Below, in pieces: positions 19,115-29,080 of a DNA stretch of 35,253 nt. Under the pieces are notes generated by a model, which had not been told where the DNA came from, ran no database searches, and worked only from the letters and a program-made list of their open reading frames with translations. Made by a program: the position numbers and the translations under genes. Source of the DNA: Vulcanimicrobiota bacterium (GTDB taxonomy: Bacteria; Vulcanimicrobiota; Vulcanimicrobiia; Vulcanimicrobiales; Vulcanimicrobiaceae); assembly GCA_963786105.1 (NCBI GenBank), contig CAWAXX010000019.1, positions 1 to 35,253 on the forward strand. Direction: 5' to 3'. Numbering within the stretch: the first letter of the stretch is position 1; the number at the start of each line of letters is the position of its first letter.

Positions 19115-20641
19115 ATGTCGTTCGTCTCCCAGCTCTTCGCGACGACCAACGTCGACAAGCTCCGCGAACTCGGCCGGCGCAAGATCCTGCGTCGAGCGCT
19201 CACAGCCAAGGATTTGGTGGCCATCGGCCTCGGGACGATGATCGGGGGCGGTATTTTCACCACGATCGGAACGGGCGTCAAGGGTGCCGGCCCCGCGGTC
19301 ATCGTTTCGTACCTGTTGGCGGGTCTTACGTCGTTCTTTGCGGCGCTTTGCTACGCCGAGCTCGGGGCGATGGTGCCGGTTGCCGGAAGCGCTTACACGT
19401 ACGCCTACGCTACGCTTGGTAAGCTCTTCGCGTGGATCATCGGATTCGCGCTGATCTTCGAATACGGCATCAGCGCGGCGCCGGTGGCCCAGCAGTTTTC
19501 GGCCTCGATTCAGGACGTCTTCAAAAGCGTCGGGCTGGCGTTGCCAGGTTGGGCACAGCAATCCAACTTGATCCTCCACGGGCCGTGGTGGAATCCCGGG
19601 AGTTGGGACGTTCTGCACTCGCAATACGACGTCGTGGGCGCGCTGTTCGTCATCGGGCTGAGCGTACTACTGTCGGTCGGCATCCGCGAATCCGCGACCA
19701 CAAACAACATCTTTGTAGTCTTGAAGATTTCCGCGCTGGCGGTCTTCGTCACGGCCGGATTGTTCTTGTTTCGTGCCGTCAACCTGCACGATTTCAACCC
19801 GATCGGATGGGGTTCGCTGCACGCCTTCGGCGGCATGGCGGATTACTCGTCGTCGGCGCAGCCCTACGGCATCATCGCGATCGGCGCGTATGTCTTCTTC
19901 AGCTATATCGGATTTGACACCGCGACCACCACCGCCGAGGAGTGCAAGAACCCTCAGTTCGACGTTCCGGTCGGCGTCATTGGCGCGCTCGTGATCGGCA
20001 CGGTAATTTATTGCGCGACCGCCATCGTGCTGGTAGGCTCGGTTCCGTGGAACCACGTACCGATCAAGAATCCACTGGTCTACGCGCTCGCGCCGCTGCA
20101 CATGCCGGTGTTGAACTGGGTCATCACGATCGGCGTTTTAGCCGGAACGACCAGCGTCGCCCTGGCCTCGTTACTCGGCCAGTCGAGGATTTTCTACGTG
20201 ATGGCGCGCGACGGCATGCTGCCGCCGGCGGTGGCCGTGATTCACCCGCGCTTCAAGACACCGCTGCGGACCACACTGATCACGGGCGTCGCCGTTGCCG
20301 GATTGGCGCTAATCGTCCCGTTGAACAACCTGCTCAATCTCGTGAACATTGGGACGCTGATCGCCTTTACGGTCGTCTGTTCGGGAGTTCTCTATCTGCG
20401 CAAGCGCAAGCCCGACTTGCCGCGCAGTTTCCGCGTCCCCTTCGTTCCCCTCTTTCCGATTCTGGGGATCGTTTGCTCGCTGTTCCTCGCGGTCTTCGGT
20501 CTTTCGCGCGCCACTTGGACGTGGTTCCTCATGGCGCTGATTGCCGGTCTCATCTTTTTCTTCGCGTACGGATTCCGCAAGTCCGATCCCGAAAACGTCG
20601 TTCCGGTTGAAGAGCCCGAGGGTTTGACAGAGCTGGCGTAA
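19115..20641 (+). CDS. APC-superfamily amino acid permease
   Basis: GLGTMIGGGIF, CYAELGAMVPVAGSAYTY, FFSYIGFD, EECKNPQ, MARDGMLP, about 12-14 TMs. Confidence 0.93.
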   Translation: MSFVSQLFATTNVDKLRELGRRKILRRALTAKDLVAIGLGTMIGGGIFTTIGTGVKGAGPAVIVSYLLAGLTSFFAALCYAELGAMVPVAGSAYTYAYATLGKLFAWIIGFALIFEYGISAAPVAQQFSASIQDVFKSVGLALPGWAQQSNLILHGPWWNPGSWDVLHSQYDVVGALFVIGLSVLLSVGIRESATTNNIFVVLKISALAVFVTAGLFLFRAVNLHDFNPIGWGSLHAFGGMADYSSSAQPYGIIAIGAYVFFSYIGFDTATTTAEECKNPQFDVPVGVIGALVIGTVIYCATAIVLVGSVPWNHVPIKNPLVYALAPLHMPVLNWVITIGVLAGTTSVALASLLGQSRIFYVMARDGMLPPAVAVIHPRFKTPLRTTLITGVAVAGLALIVPLNNLLNLVNIGTLIAFTVVCSGVLYLRKRKPDLPRSFRVPFVPLFPILGIVCSLFLAVFGLSRATWTWFLMALIAGLIFFFAYGFRKSDPENVVPVEEPEGLTELA

Positions 20642-20670
20642 ATTTTTCGTTGACGGGCACCACGAGGGTT

Positions 20671-21615
20671 TTAGGGTTTTGGACTCGACGCCATCGGACC
20701 ACGCTCGTCGGCGTCCATCATGAACTTTGCAAATGCAGCGCTGATGGGCTGTCCGCTGCCTCTTTCGAAGTACGAATACGCCGGCGAGGGATTGACCTCC
20801 AAACAGTACCATCGGTCTTCGGGTGTTCGGATCAGATCGATGCCCGAAAAATGGAGGCCGAGGATGGCGGTGATGCGCCGGCAGCGGTCCGCAACCTCGG
20901 CGGGTAAATCCGCAACGGCGATGGTGGACGAGCCATAACGATAGTCGAGTTGATCGGAATCGATGCGCACCGCTAAGACGCTTGCTCCCAGCACGTGCGC
21001 CCGGTAGTTAACTCCCGATACCACCCTCTGGAACAGAGTAGGACACCATGTCACGTCATCGAGGAAGTCGCGTTGCCTCTCTCCGACACGTCGTACGATG
21101 CTGCGAATGCCGCTGATTGACTTGTAGACCGCGTCCGGATTCTCTGTGAGGAACGCCCTCACGGCGATCGGGTCATTCGAAATAAACGCCTCGGGAACGA
21201 GGAAGCCCGCCCGTCCGATCAGCGTCATTTGATACGCCTTAGAGTTATTGGTGGCCGACGGCCCGGAGCGGTTGATCACCAATGCGTCGGATGAATCGAG
21301 CCACGCGGTCAGCGTTGACTCGAACCGCGCGGCCCGCATTGCTAGGGTACTTTCTCTCGGAAGCACGCGGACTTCGTCGTAGTCGTAGAGGTTTGAGCCC
21401 CGGACGTACGCAGCGTTTACGCGAGCCATATCAATCGTCGCCTGGTCCGAGCTCACGGTACAGCGCGCGCCGCGTTCGGGATCAAACTCATAATCGATAT
21501 CCGCTGTGAAGATCTTTCGAAAATCGAGGAAGACAAAATCGGCGCCGGCCTTAGACAAGGCCGCGTGCGCCATCGCCATGGGCTCGTCGTCCATCGTCCC
21601 CCACAGCAGAATCAC
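20671..21615 (-). CDS. ATP-grasp ligase, RimK/graspetide-synthetase-like (intact)
   Basis: GTG start at 21615 overlapping the upstream TGA (GTGA); VIN...NNSKAYQ...GFLVPEAFISND, VYKSISG, PTLFQ, YRAHV, FSGIDL, WYCLEVNPSP. Confidence 0.85.
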   Translation of the reverse strand: MILLWGTMDDEPMAMAHAALSKAGADFVFLDFRKIFTADIDYEFDPERGARCTVSSDQATIDMARVNAAYVRGSNLYDYDEVRVLPRESTLAMRAARFESTLTAWLDSSDALVINRSGPSATNNSKAYQMTLIGRAGFLVPEAFISNDPIAVRAFLTENPDAVYKSISGIRSIVRRVGERQRDFLDDVTWCPTLFQRVVSGVNYRAHVLGASVLAVRIDSDQLDYRYGSSTIAVADLPAEVADRCRRITAILGLHFSGIDLIRTPEDRWYCLEVNPSPAYSYFERGSGQPISAAFAKFMMDADERGPMASSPKP

Positions 21616-22320
21616 GCTTGCGACGCTTCCAAGAACTGCACGATCGCCGCGCGATTCGCGGGAGTGGTAAAGTCGGGAACGGTCCACAGCTCGGAAAGAT
21701 AATATCCCGCCACCGCGCGGGGAGGCGAATTCGGCGCAAAGATACGGCATCGAAGACGCCCGCGACAGCGTGTGCAGGTAGTCGCGGATTCTGTCCGGCG
21801 TATCGTGCTCGACAATGGTGTCCCCGACGATCGTGGACCTAAACCGTCGCACGTCTTGTGTCGTGTCGATCGTTACGGGCAATCCGTTTCTCAGTCGCGT
21901 GGGCCAGACGGGAACTCCCCAACCGTGGGCAGCCTTCATCCATTCGACGCGCTGCATGCCGAGCCCGGATAATGTCTTTGACGTAGGTGGATTGAGCTTC
22001 TTGCATCGGAGTTCCGACAGAAAGTAGATGAAAAAGGCGCTTACTTCAGCACACACGTATTCGCGATCTGCCGCCTGGATGTAGTAAAACTCTTGCGGAA
22101 GAAAATAGGCGATCGAAGAAACGACTCCTGAGATCTCGGCGGCAGATATCTGGTTGCCGCCGATCGTGAACCGCGAGGATGAGAAGTTTGCGCTGCAGAC
22201 GGCTGCTTTGAAGGTGCGGTTGAGATTAGAAGCCGTGACTAACGAAGCGGCACCCGGCGGAAACATCTCCACCAGTTCGGGTGCCGACTCGTCAGCCACA
22301 TTGCTCAGGACAAGAAACAA
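21612..22320 (-). CDS. Degenerate ATP-grasp-like protein (probably non-catalytic partner); one-base frameshift near 21708
   Basis: Retains DREYVCAEVSAF...LNPP...LSG and GVPV of the pre-ATP-grasp region; removing one G from GGG joins ...SPRGG to GYYLSELWTVPDF...EASQA* (ORF 21612..21815); lacks the ExN motif. Confidence 0.62.
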
Positions 22321-22332
22321 CCCTTGGCTTGC

Positions 22333-23259
22333 TTATCTCTTTTGCTTGCGGATGGATGGCCTATCCTCGGCTTTAATGAAGGCCGAACCCATCGTCTCTA
22401 GGCGTGATTCAAGCTGCGCGATTCGCTGATTCAGGACGCGCAGCTGCGCGACGACCATCTCAGGATCGCCGTAGTTGCCGAAGCCGGTATACTCCACGCT
22501 TTCCTTTGGTCCTTTGAACATCTCCGCCAACGATTTTAGGTATTCCATCGGGTTCTTTTCGAGGAATTCTTTCGTGATGGTCGCGGGAGTGTGATAGAAC
22601 GCTAAAGCGTAAACGGTAACGCCCAGGCCGGGCGTCAAGTTAGCGCCGTTGACGAGGCTGCTCGGGGGTGCCGGATCCGTGAGATCGACCCATTGATCGA
22701 ACAGCGCGCTCGTGGGCAACGCACCGTAAGGACCGATATTCGGATGATCGGCCGCGATCGTGTAACCGCTCTCTTCGGTGTCGACCCAACCGTCGACGTT
22801 CGCTTCGGTGGTCAGCGTGCCGCCCGAGTCGGGGCTGACCGTGACGAAGTTGTTGTCGACCAGCGAGTTGGTGGTAGCGTTGAAGGCATCGATGACCGCG
22901 CCGCTGTCGCCCCCGTTTCCTGGTCCACCGGCCGGAACGTACACGTAAAGAACGACGATCGGATTCGACCCCACCGTACCGACGGGCGGCGGTGTACCGG
23001 CCACGAACGACGTTCGCGGGCCCTCGACGCAACCCGAGACGTTCGTGAACGCGAAATCGAGCGTCAGCGGACCAACCACGAGGGGTGAGGGGTCTGGAGG
23101 CCCCGGTTGATACGGTGTTCCGGATGCGAGAGTCGCCGTACCGCCCGGGTTGAGTCCCGGGATGGGGGTGAATCCACCGTATGAAGTCGTCGCGCGCGGT
23201 TGGCGCGTGTGAGCTCCGGATGCACCAAAATATACGTATTGGATCGTAAGCGTAGGCAT
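22333..23259 (-). CDS. Hypothetical 308-aa protein, putative ATP-grasp substrate (beta-rich N-terminus, KxxxE repeats, coiled coil, AFIKAEDRP tail)
   Basis: Clean ORF with AAGGA RBS; 12 nt upstream of the ATP-grasp pair; composition and motifs read from the translation. Confidence 0.8.
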   Translation of the reverse strand: MPTLTIQYVYFGASGAHTRQPRATTSYGGFTPIPGLNPGGTATLASGTPYQPGPPDPSPLVVGPLTLDFAFTNVSGCVEGPRTSFVAGTPPPVGTVGSNPIVVLYVYVPAGGPGNGGDSGAVIDAFNATTNSLVDNNFVTVSPDSGGTLTTEANVDGWVDTEESGYTIAADHPNIGPYGALPTSALFDQWVDLTDPAPPSSLVNGANLTPGLGVTVYALAFYHTPATITKEFLEKNPMEYLKSLAEMFKGPKESVEYTGFGNYGDPEMVVAQLRVLNQRIAQLESRLETMGSAFIKAEDRPSIRKQKR

Positions 23260-23343
23260 ACACTGATCCTTTCGCCGGATATTTCCGAATACCGCGGGTT
23301 TTCGGCGGTGCCGGCGAGCTCTCCCGTACCGGCCCCCCGATGC

Positions 23344-23829
23344 CTACTGCGTCGGTGTCGTCGTCTTCGGCACGGCCGCCTGACCGATGCCTGCCGTGAG
23401 CACGTCGATGCGCGCAGTGCGCGAATCGTAGGTCGCCCGCACGTTGAACGCGCTGGCGACGGCCTTGAGTTCTACCATTACGCGACCGCGCACGCGAAAC
23501 GGCGCGTGTTTGAGCGTCAGCGGCATCCCATTGACAGTTGCGCGCGTGTCTCCGACTTTCAGACGCAAGGACTGGTTACCGCGCACGATGTCGATTCGAC
23601 GATCACCCTCGACCAGGTCGTGTCTGCGCGCCGAGCGCGTCGGCGATGGACCTGCACGGGAACGAAGATTTTGTCGACCGACGTGGTGACCGGCGAAACG
23701 TCGCTCTCGATGCGTTCGCCGTCGACGAGCATTTCGACCGGTCGAGCAACCGTTAGCAACGCCGACGCGACCAACGCCGCTAGGGCGACCGTGGTCAGCG
23801 TTCGAATACCTCGGCGCGCGATAGTTCAC
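23344..23829 (-). CDS. Copper amine oxidase N-terminal (stalk) domain protein; frameshifted
   Basis: PVEMLVDGERIESDV.P...IFVPV (frame of 23559..23774) plus LRLKVGDTRATVNG...APF..RGRVMVEL.AVASAF...YD; GTG overlaps the ispG stop. Confidence 0.72.
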   Translation of the reverse strand: MNYRAPRYSNADHGRPSGVGRVGVANGCSTGRNARRRRTHRERRFAGHHVGRQNLRSRAGPSPTRSARRHDLVEGDRRIDIVRGNQSLRLKVGDTRATVNGMPLTLKHAPFRVRGRVMVELKAVASAFNVRATYDSRTARIDVLTAGIGQAAVPKTTTPTQ

Positions 23830-24968
23830 GCTTGCGCACCGATCTCGTGCAAGAAGTCGGGATACTTTTCGGCGATGACCTTTTCGATTTCGAGACGCAG
23901 CATGCCGAGCAGTTCGCTCTCGGGATAGGTGCCGACGAGCTCGCCGGCACGATAGATCGCGCCTTTGCCTTTGCCTCCGGCAACCCCGACGTCGGCCATT
24001 TTGGACTCGCCGGGACCGTTAACGACGCAACCCATAACGGCGACTTTCACGGGCGCGCTGTACGACTTCGCGATAGCCTCCACCGACCGGCCGAGTTCGA
24101 GAACCGAGATTTCTGCTCGGCCGCACGACGGACACGCGGTAATCTCGAAGCCCTTTTCCCGTAGCCCGAGCGATTTCAAGATGCCCCAGCATACCGGAAC
24201 CTCTTCGATCGGATCGTCGGCCAGCGAAACGCGCAACGTGTCGCCGATACCTTCGAAGAGCAGGATGCCGAGGCCGATCGACGACTTGATCGTGCCGTCG
24301 CGCAGCAGGCCGGCCTCGGTGATGCCAAGATGCAACGCGTAGGGTGTACGGCGCTCGCGAAGGCGTCGATCCATGAGCCGGTAAGCTTCTACCGTGGTGA
24401 GAACGTCATGGGCTTTGAGCGAAATCGCGATATCGGAATGCCCGTGTTCCTCCAGCATGACCACGTGGCGCAAGGCCGACTCAACCATCGCCTCGGCGGT
24501 GTGTCCTAGCGTTTTCTCGAGATCGGGCGCGAGCGATCCCATGTTCACGCCCACGCGGATCGGAATTTCGCGCGCTTTCGCCGCGGTCACGACTTCGGCG
24601 ACCTTCTTCGGGTCGCGAATATTTCCGGGATTGAGCCGCAGCTTCGCAACGCCCGCCTCGATCGCCGCCAGCGCCATTTTGTGATCGAAATGAATGTCGG
24701 CCACGATCGGCACGGGCGAGCGATGCACGATGGCCGGTAGCCCGGCCGCGTCGGGCGGATCTTTTACGGTAACGCGAACGATTTCGCAGCCCTCCATCGC
24801 TAGGCCGTAAATCTGCTCGAGCGTTTTGTCGGCATCGGCGGTGTCGGTCGTCGTCATCGACTGAACGGCGATCGGGTGGTCTCCGCCGATCCACACCGCT
24901 TTCGCGTCGGCTTTGCCGGTCTTGTTTTGCAGAAAAATCGGCTTGCTATTCCGTCGCAAACGCAACAT
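23826..24968 (-). CDS. ispG: (E)-4-hydroxy-3-methylbut-2-enyl-diphosphate synthase
   Basis: VQSMTTT, VADIHF, RLNPGNI, HLGITEAG, GIGDTLRVSL, ACPSCGR, MGCVVNGPGE. Confidence 0.97.
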   Translation of the reverse strand: MLRLRRNSKPIFLQNKTGKADAKAVWIGGDHPIAVQSMTTTDTADADKTLEQIYGLAMEGCEIVRVTVKDPPDAAGLPAIVHRSPVPIVADIHFDHKMALAAIEAGVAKLRLNPGNIRDPKKVAEVVTAAKAREIPIRVGVNMGSLAPDLEKTLGHTAEAMVESALRHVVMLEEHGHSDIAISLKAHDVLTTVEAYRLMDRRLRERRTPYALHLGITEAGLLRDGTIKSSIGLGILLFEGIGDTLRVSLADDPIEEVPVCWGILKSLGLREKGFEITACPSCGRAEISVLELGRSVEAIAKSYSAPVKVAVMGCVVNGPGESKMADVGVAGGKGKGAIYRAGELVGTYPESELLGMLRLEIEKVIAEKYPDFLHEIGAQA

Positions 24969-24974
24969 GAGCGC

Positions 24975-26104
24975 TTACATCACCCCGTTGCCGCTGGCAA
25001 TGCGGGCGATGTCGTGGAAAGCCACCAGCAGCATCAGCGCCATCAGCGCGGCAAATCCGGCGATGTGCACCATCGCCTCTTTTTCCGGGATCGACCGGTC
25101 TGCCGCGAATCAACTCGGCTACGATGAACGCCGCGCGTCCACCGTCCAGCGCCGGAATCGGCAACAGATTGAACAATCCGAGCGCGAACGAAATCGTCGC
25201 CGCAAGCCACAGATACGGGCCCCAGCCCCAGTCCTCGACGGTCGCGGCCATCTGTCCCATGCCGATAACGCCCGAGACCTGCGGCGCGTATTTCGTGAAG
25301 TGCGTGACCAGCAAGACGACGCTGCCGACCGTCTGATCGGCGATGTTGCGAAACTGCATTCCACTCTGTCTGACGGCGTCGGTAAATCCTACGCGCTGGT
25401 AGGCCGGAACCGGTGAGAACCCGATGCATCCCCACTTCTTCCCGGCAATTGGGCAGAGCGTCGGGGTGACGTAGACTTCGGTGCGCGCGCCGTTTCGAAG
25501 GTATACGAGATCGAGCTTCTTACCTAGCGAGCCGTGAATCGTATCGACGAGTCGCACGCCGTTGGCAGACCGCAACGCCGTTGAGTTCGACGATCCGGTC
25601 GCCCGGTTGCAGGCCTGCGACCGCCGCCGGCGAGCCTTGGACGAGAATGCCGACGACGGGTTGAGTCTCGTTCCCGGCAACACCAAAGAGCAACGCGCCG
25701 ACTAGCAAAATGCAGAAACACAGCAAAAAATTGGCGATTGGTCCTGCGAGGACGATGGCGAGCCGCTGCCACGCGGACTTGGCTTGGAAGTTGTCCTGTT
25801 CGAGGCGATGCGCGACGCGAAACTCGCGTTGTTGCTCGGCCTCGGACGTCTTTCCGTCCTCGCCCTGCATCGCGCAGTAGCCGCCGATCGGCAACGCCCG
25901 AAGGGAGTACAGGGTTCCGCTGCGCGGCGAGGTCCAGCCCAGCAGTTTCGGCCCCATTCCGACGGCGAACTCGTTGACCCGCACGCCGTTGCGCCGAGCC
26001 ACCAGGAAGTGTCCGAGCTCGTGCAAGACGACGAGAACGGACAGCATTACGATGAAGGTGACGATCTTCTCGATTCCGATCAGGTTGGCGATAGTCAGCG
26101 ACAC
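24975..26104 (-). CDS. rseP: RseP-like M50 intramembrane metalloprotease with PDZ domain; frameshifted
   Basis: HELGH, AGPIAN, GSPAAVAGLQPGDRI, FNLLPIPALDGG; indels near 25560 and 25080. Confidence 0.9.
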
Positions 26105-27250
26105 GATGGCCTTTCAATCTGGTCTACAAACGCCTTGGCGGTCTCGCGGGCCCGTCGATCGGCGGCTCGAATGCCGGCGAGCGTCGATCTCCCCGCATTC
26201 TACCCGGTCTATCGCGTTTTCGATGACACCGGCAATTTCTCCGAAGCCGATCTTACCTTCGACGAACGCGCCGACGGCGACTTCGTTGGCCGCCGACAGG
26301 ACCGCCGGCATCGTCCCACCCGCCGCCAAGGCCCGGTAGGCGAGGCGCACGCACGGAAACCTCTCCGGATCGGGTGCCTCGAAATCATAACGCAGGCGAG
26401 CTCGGCGGGTTTTCCGCCGAGCGCAGTCAAGTCGTCTTGCGACGCGCCGTCACCGCCCCGATACGGCAGCCGGTCGGGGAAGGCGAGGGCATACCCGATC
26501 GGCACGCGCATGTCGGGTGCGGCCAACTGCCCTTTGACGCTCCCGTCGGTAAAAACCACGAACCCGTGGGCGATCGACTGTGGGTGAACCACAAAGCGCA
26601 CCCGTTCGCCCGGAAGGCCGAACAACCGGCTGGCCTCGATGACTTCGAGTCCCTTGTTCATCATGGTCGCCGAATCGATGGTGTTCTTGGTCCCCATGCG
26701 CCACGTGGGATGGGCCAACGCGGCGGCGAGGTCGGCCCGCGCCATCTCCTCGCGGGAGATCCGCCAAAAGGGGCCGCCGGAAGCGGTCAGCACGATTTCG
26801 GCAACACTCGCCCGGTCTTCGCCGATAAGGCACTGGAAGATCGCGCTGTGCTCGCTGTCGACCGGCAGCAGCTGGGCGCCGCTCCGTTCGGCGGCCGCAA
26901 CCAGTAGCTCGCCGGCGGCTACGATGAGCTCCTTGTTGGCAACCGCGACGGATATGCCGCGGTCGACCGCCGCGAATACCGCGTCGAACGCGACCGCACC
27001 GTCGGTCGCGGCCAGAAGCACGTCGGGTTCGCTCTCGACGGCGACGCGCATGAGTCCCACTGGTCCGTCTGAAGCCATCGTCGTCAGCGTGCACGCGAAA
27101 CGCCGCGCCTGCTCGGCAAGCAAAGCCGACGTTACGGCCCGCCGCCAGCCCGACGACGTCGAAGCGATCGGGATACCGCGCGATCACGTCGAGCGCTTGC
27201 GTCCCGATCGAGCCCGTCGACCCGAGAATTGCGACCCTCTTGCGCGTCAT
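26095..27250 (-). CDS. dxr: 1-deoxy-D-xylulose-5-phosphate reductoisomerase; frameshifted
   Basis: [61 protein letters not shown]. Confidence 0.95.
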
Positions 27251-27267
27251 CGGCGGCTTACCTAAAC

Positions 27268-28119
27268 CTAGACCTGTAGAATGCCGAGCAGGTGCAGCGT
27301 CGCAAAGAACGCGACGCCGCCGAAGAGGTACGAGTCGAATCGGTCGAGCACGCCGCCGTGCCCCTGAATCATGTCGCCGGCGTCCTTCACTCCGGCGTCG
27401 CGTTTGAGTGCGGATTCCACGAGATCGCCGGCCTGTGCGGCGATACCGGTCAGCAATCCGAGAACGCCGCCCTGCCACCACAGCAAGTGCAGCTGCGGCA
27501 CCCGCGTCGCAGCGATGGCAAAGACGGTCACCACGACCAACGAACCCAACGAGCCTTCGACGGTTTTCCCCGGTGAGATTTTGGTGAGCTGCGTGCGACC
27601 GGCGATCGTGCCGATGATCATTCCGAAAATATCGGTCAACGCGATCGTGAGGATCAAGTAGAACGTCAACCACAACCCGTTTCCCGGGATCTGACGGACG
27701 AACACGAAGTACGTCAGCAACTTTCCGATGTACAGCGCCGCGAGCAGCGTGTACGCGGTGCGTGCAAAGTAGCCTTTTTGCTCGCCGTACATGCCGATCC
27801 AAAATGCCGCAATCACGATTCCGGCGAGCAGCACGCCCTCCCATTTGTGCAGCATGCCCAACGCCGCCATCACGACGTACCCGCTCACGCCCAACAAAGC
27901 CACCGGGTATTCGAGCGGCTGACCTTTCTTTTCGCAGAGCGCGTTCAACTCGTAGATGCTTGCCAGGCCGATTGCGAGGATCAGCGCGTAAAACGTCCAC
28001 GGAATCACGACGCTTCCCAACCCGATGGCTGCGACGATAATGCCGACGACGACGCGCCGCACCGTAATCGGGTTTCCGCGAGTCGCGACCGCCGAAGCGA
28101 TTGCGTCGGGGGCGTTCAC
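27268..28119 (-). CDS. cdsA: Phosphatidate cytidylyltransferase
   Basis: [44 protein letters not shown] overlaps the uppS stop. Confidence 0.94.
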   Translation of the reverse strand: MNAPDAIASAVATRGNPITVRRVVVGIIVAAIGLGSVVIPWTFYALILAIGLASIYELNALCEKKGQPLEYPVALLGVSGYVVMAALGMLHKWEGVLLAGIVIAAFWIGMYGEQKGYFARTAYTLLAALYIGKLLTYFVFVRQIPGNGLWLTFYLILTIALTDIFGMIIGTIAGRTQLTKISPGKTVEGSLGSLVVVTVFAIAATRVPQLHLLWWQGGVLGLLTGIAAQAGDLVESALKRDAGVKDAGDMIQGHGGVLDRFDSYLFGGVAFFATLHLLGILQV

Positions 28120-28853
28120 GCTCCCCCGAACCGCCGCTCGCGCTGCTGGTATTCGATCAGCGCGCGGACCAAGTCGTCTCGCGAAAAATCGGGCCACAGG
28201 ACGTCGCTCAAAACCAGCTCCGCATAGGCCGCCTGATAGAGCAAGAAATTCGAAAGCCGATGTTCGCCGCCCGGACGGATCAAGAGGTCGAGCTCCGGGA
28301 GATCGGCGGTGTAAAGATACCGCCCGATCAACGCTTCGTCGACGGCATCGGCGTTCACGGTGCCGTCGGCGACGTCGCGAGCGATGGCTCGCACCGCTCT
28401 CGCCAACTCCGCGTGGGAGCTGTAGTTGACCGCCAGGTTCAAAAGCAAGCCCGTGTTGGCAGACGTCCCGGATTGCAGACCCGCAAGCGCACCTCGTGGT
28501 CCCGGCGGCAGCGATTCCCAGTCGCCGATCACGCGAACGCTGACGTTGTTGCGCATGAGTTCGGCCAATTCGTTGCGCGCGAAGTACACGCACAAGTCGA
28601 ACAGCAGCGAGATTTCGCGCGCGTCCCGATTCCAGTTTTCCGTCGAGAAGCCGTAGACGGTGAGAACGCCGATCCCGAGGTCGCTGGCGGCGCGAGTGAC
28701 GCGCCGAAGCGACACGATGCCGCGACGGTGCCCTTCGATCGCCGGCAGCGCGCGCCGCTTGGCCCAGCGGCGATTGCCGTCCATGATGATCGCGATGTGA
28801 CGCGGAAGCGCGTCGAGGTCGACGTCGATCGACCGGCTGGCGGGGTCGATCAC
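28116..28853 (-). CDS. uppS: Undecaprenyl diphosphate synthase
   Basis: [54 protein letters not shown] at 28853 coupled to the upstream small ORF stop. Confidence 0.95.
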   Translation of the reverse strand: MIDPASRSIDVDLDALPRHIAIIMDGNRRWAKRRALPAIEGHRRGIVSLRRVTRAASDLGIGVLTVYGFSTENWNRDAREISLLFDLCVYFARNELAELMRNNVSVRVIGDWESLPPGPRGALAGLQSGTSANTGLLLNLAVNYSSHAELARAVRAIARDVADGTVNADAVDEALIGRYLYTADLPELDLLIRPGGEHRLSNFLLYQAAYAELVLSDVLWPDFSRDDLVRALIEYQQRERRFGGA

Positions 28854-29065
28854 GGTCGATTTCGGCTGCGTCGCTCGTGCGTCGCAGTCCCAGGCAAGCG
28901 GCGGTAGCATTCGTATCCGACCGTCAAAACGGCCGATTCGTCGTCGATCATCTTCAGACGCAGAACGCGCAAGGTTCCGCAACCGATCCAAGCGCCGTAC
29001 GGAGCGAGCACCGAAAGCCGCAGGCGATGCTCGCGCAGCACTCGCCGCGCATCGACTTCCGGCAC
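28850..29065 (-). CDS. Small hypothetical protein between frr and uppS
   Basis: 71-aa ORF fills the frr-uppS gap; its TGA overlaps the uppS GTG (GTGA); protein-like sequence ...GTLRVLRLK...AVLTVGYE. Confidence 0.55.
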   Translation of the reverse strand: MPEVDARRVLREHRLRLSVLAPYGAWIGCGTLRVLRLKMIDDESAVLTVGYECYRRLPGTATHERRSRNRP

Positions 29066-29080
29066 CAGCGTGAGCGTCGT

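Noticed and set aside
18386..19624. 412-aa version of the RGPP protein
   Set aside because: The first 195 codons are antisense to the APC permease and its upstream gap; ATG 19039 begins the hydrophobic, protein-like part.
20671..22320. 549-aa tandem double ATP-grasp fusion protein
   Set aside because: An alternative frame gives a sensible C-terminus whose stop overlaps a GTG start of the second domain; one extra G in a homopolymer explains the apparent fusion.
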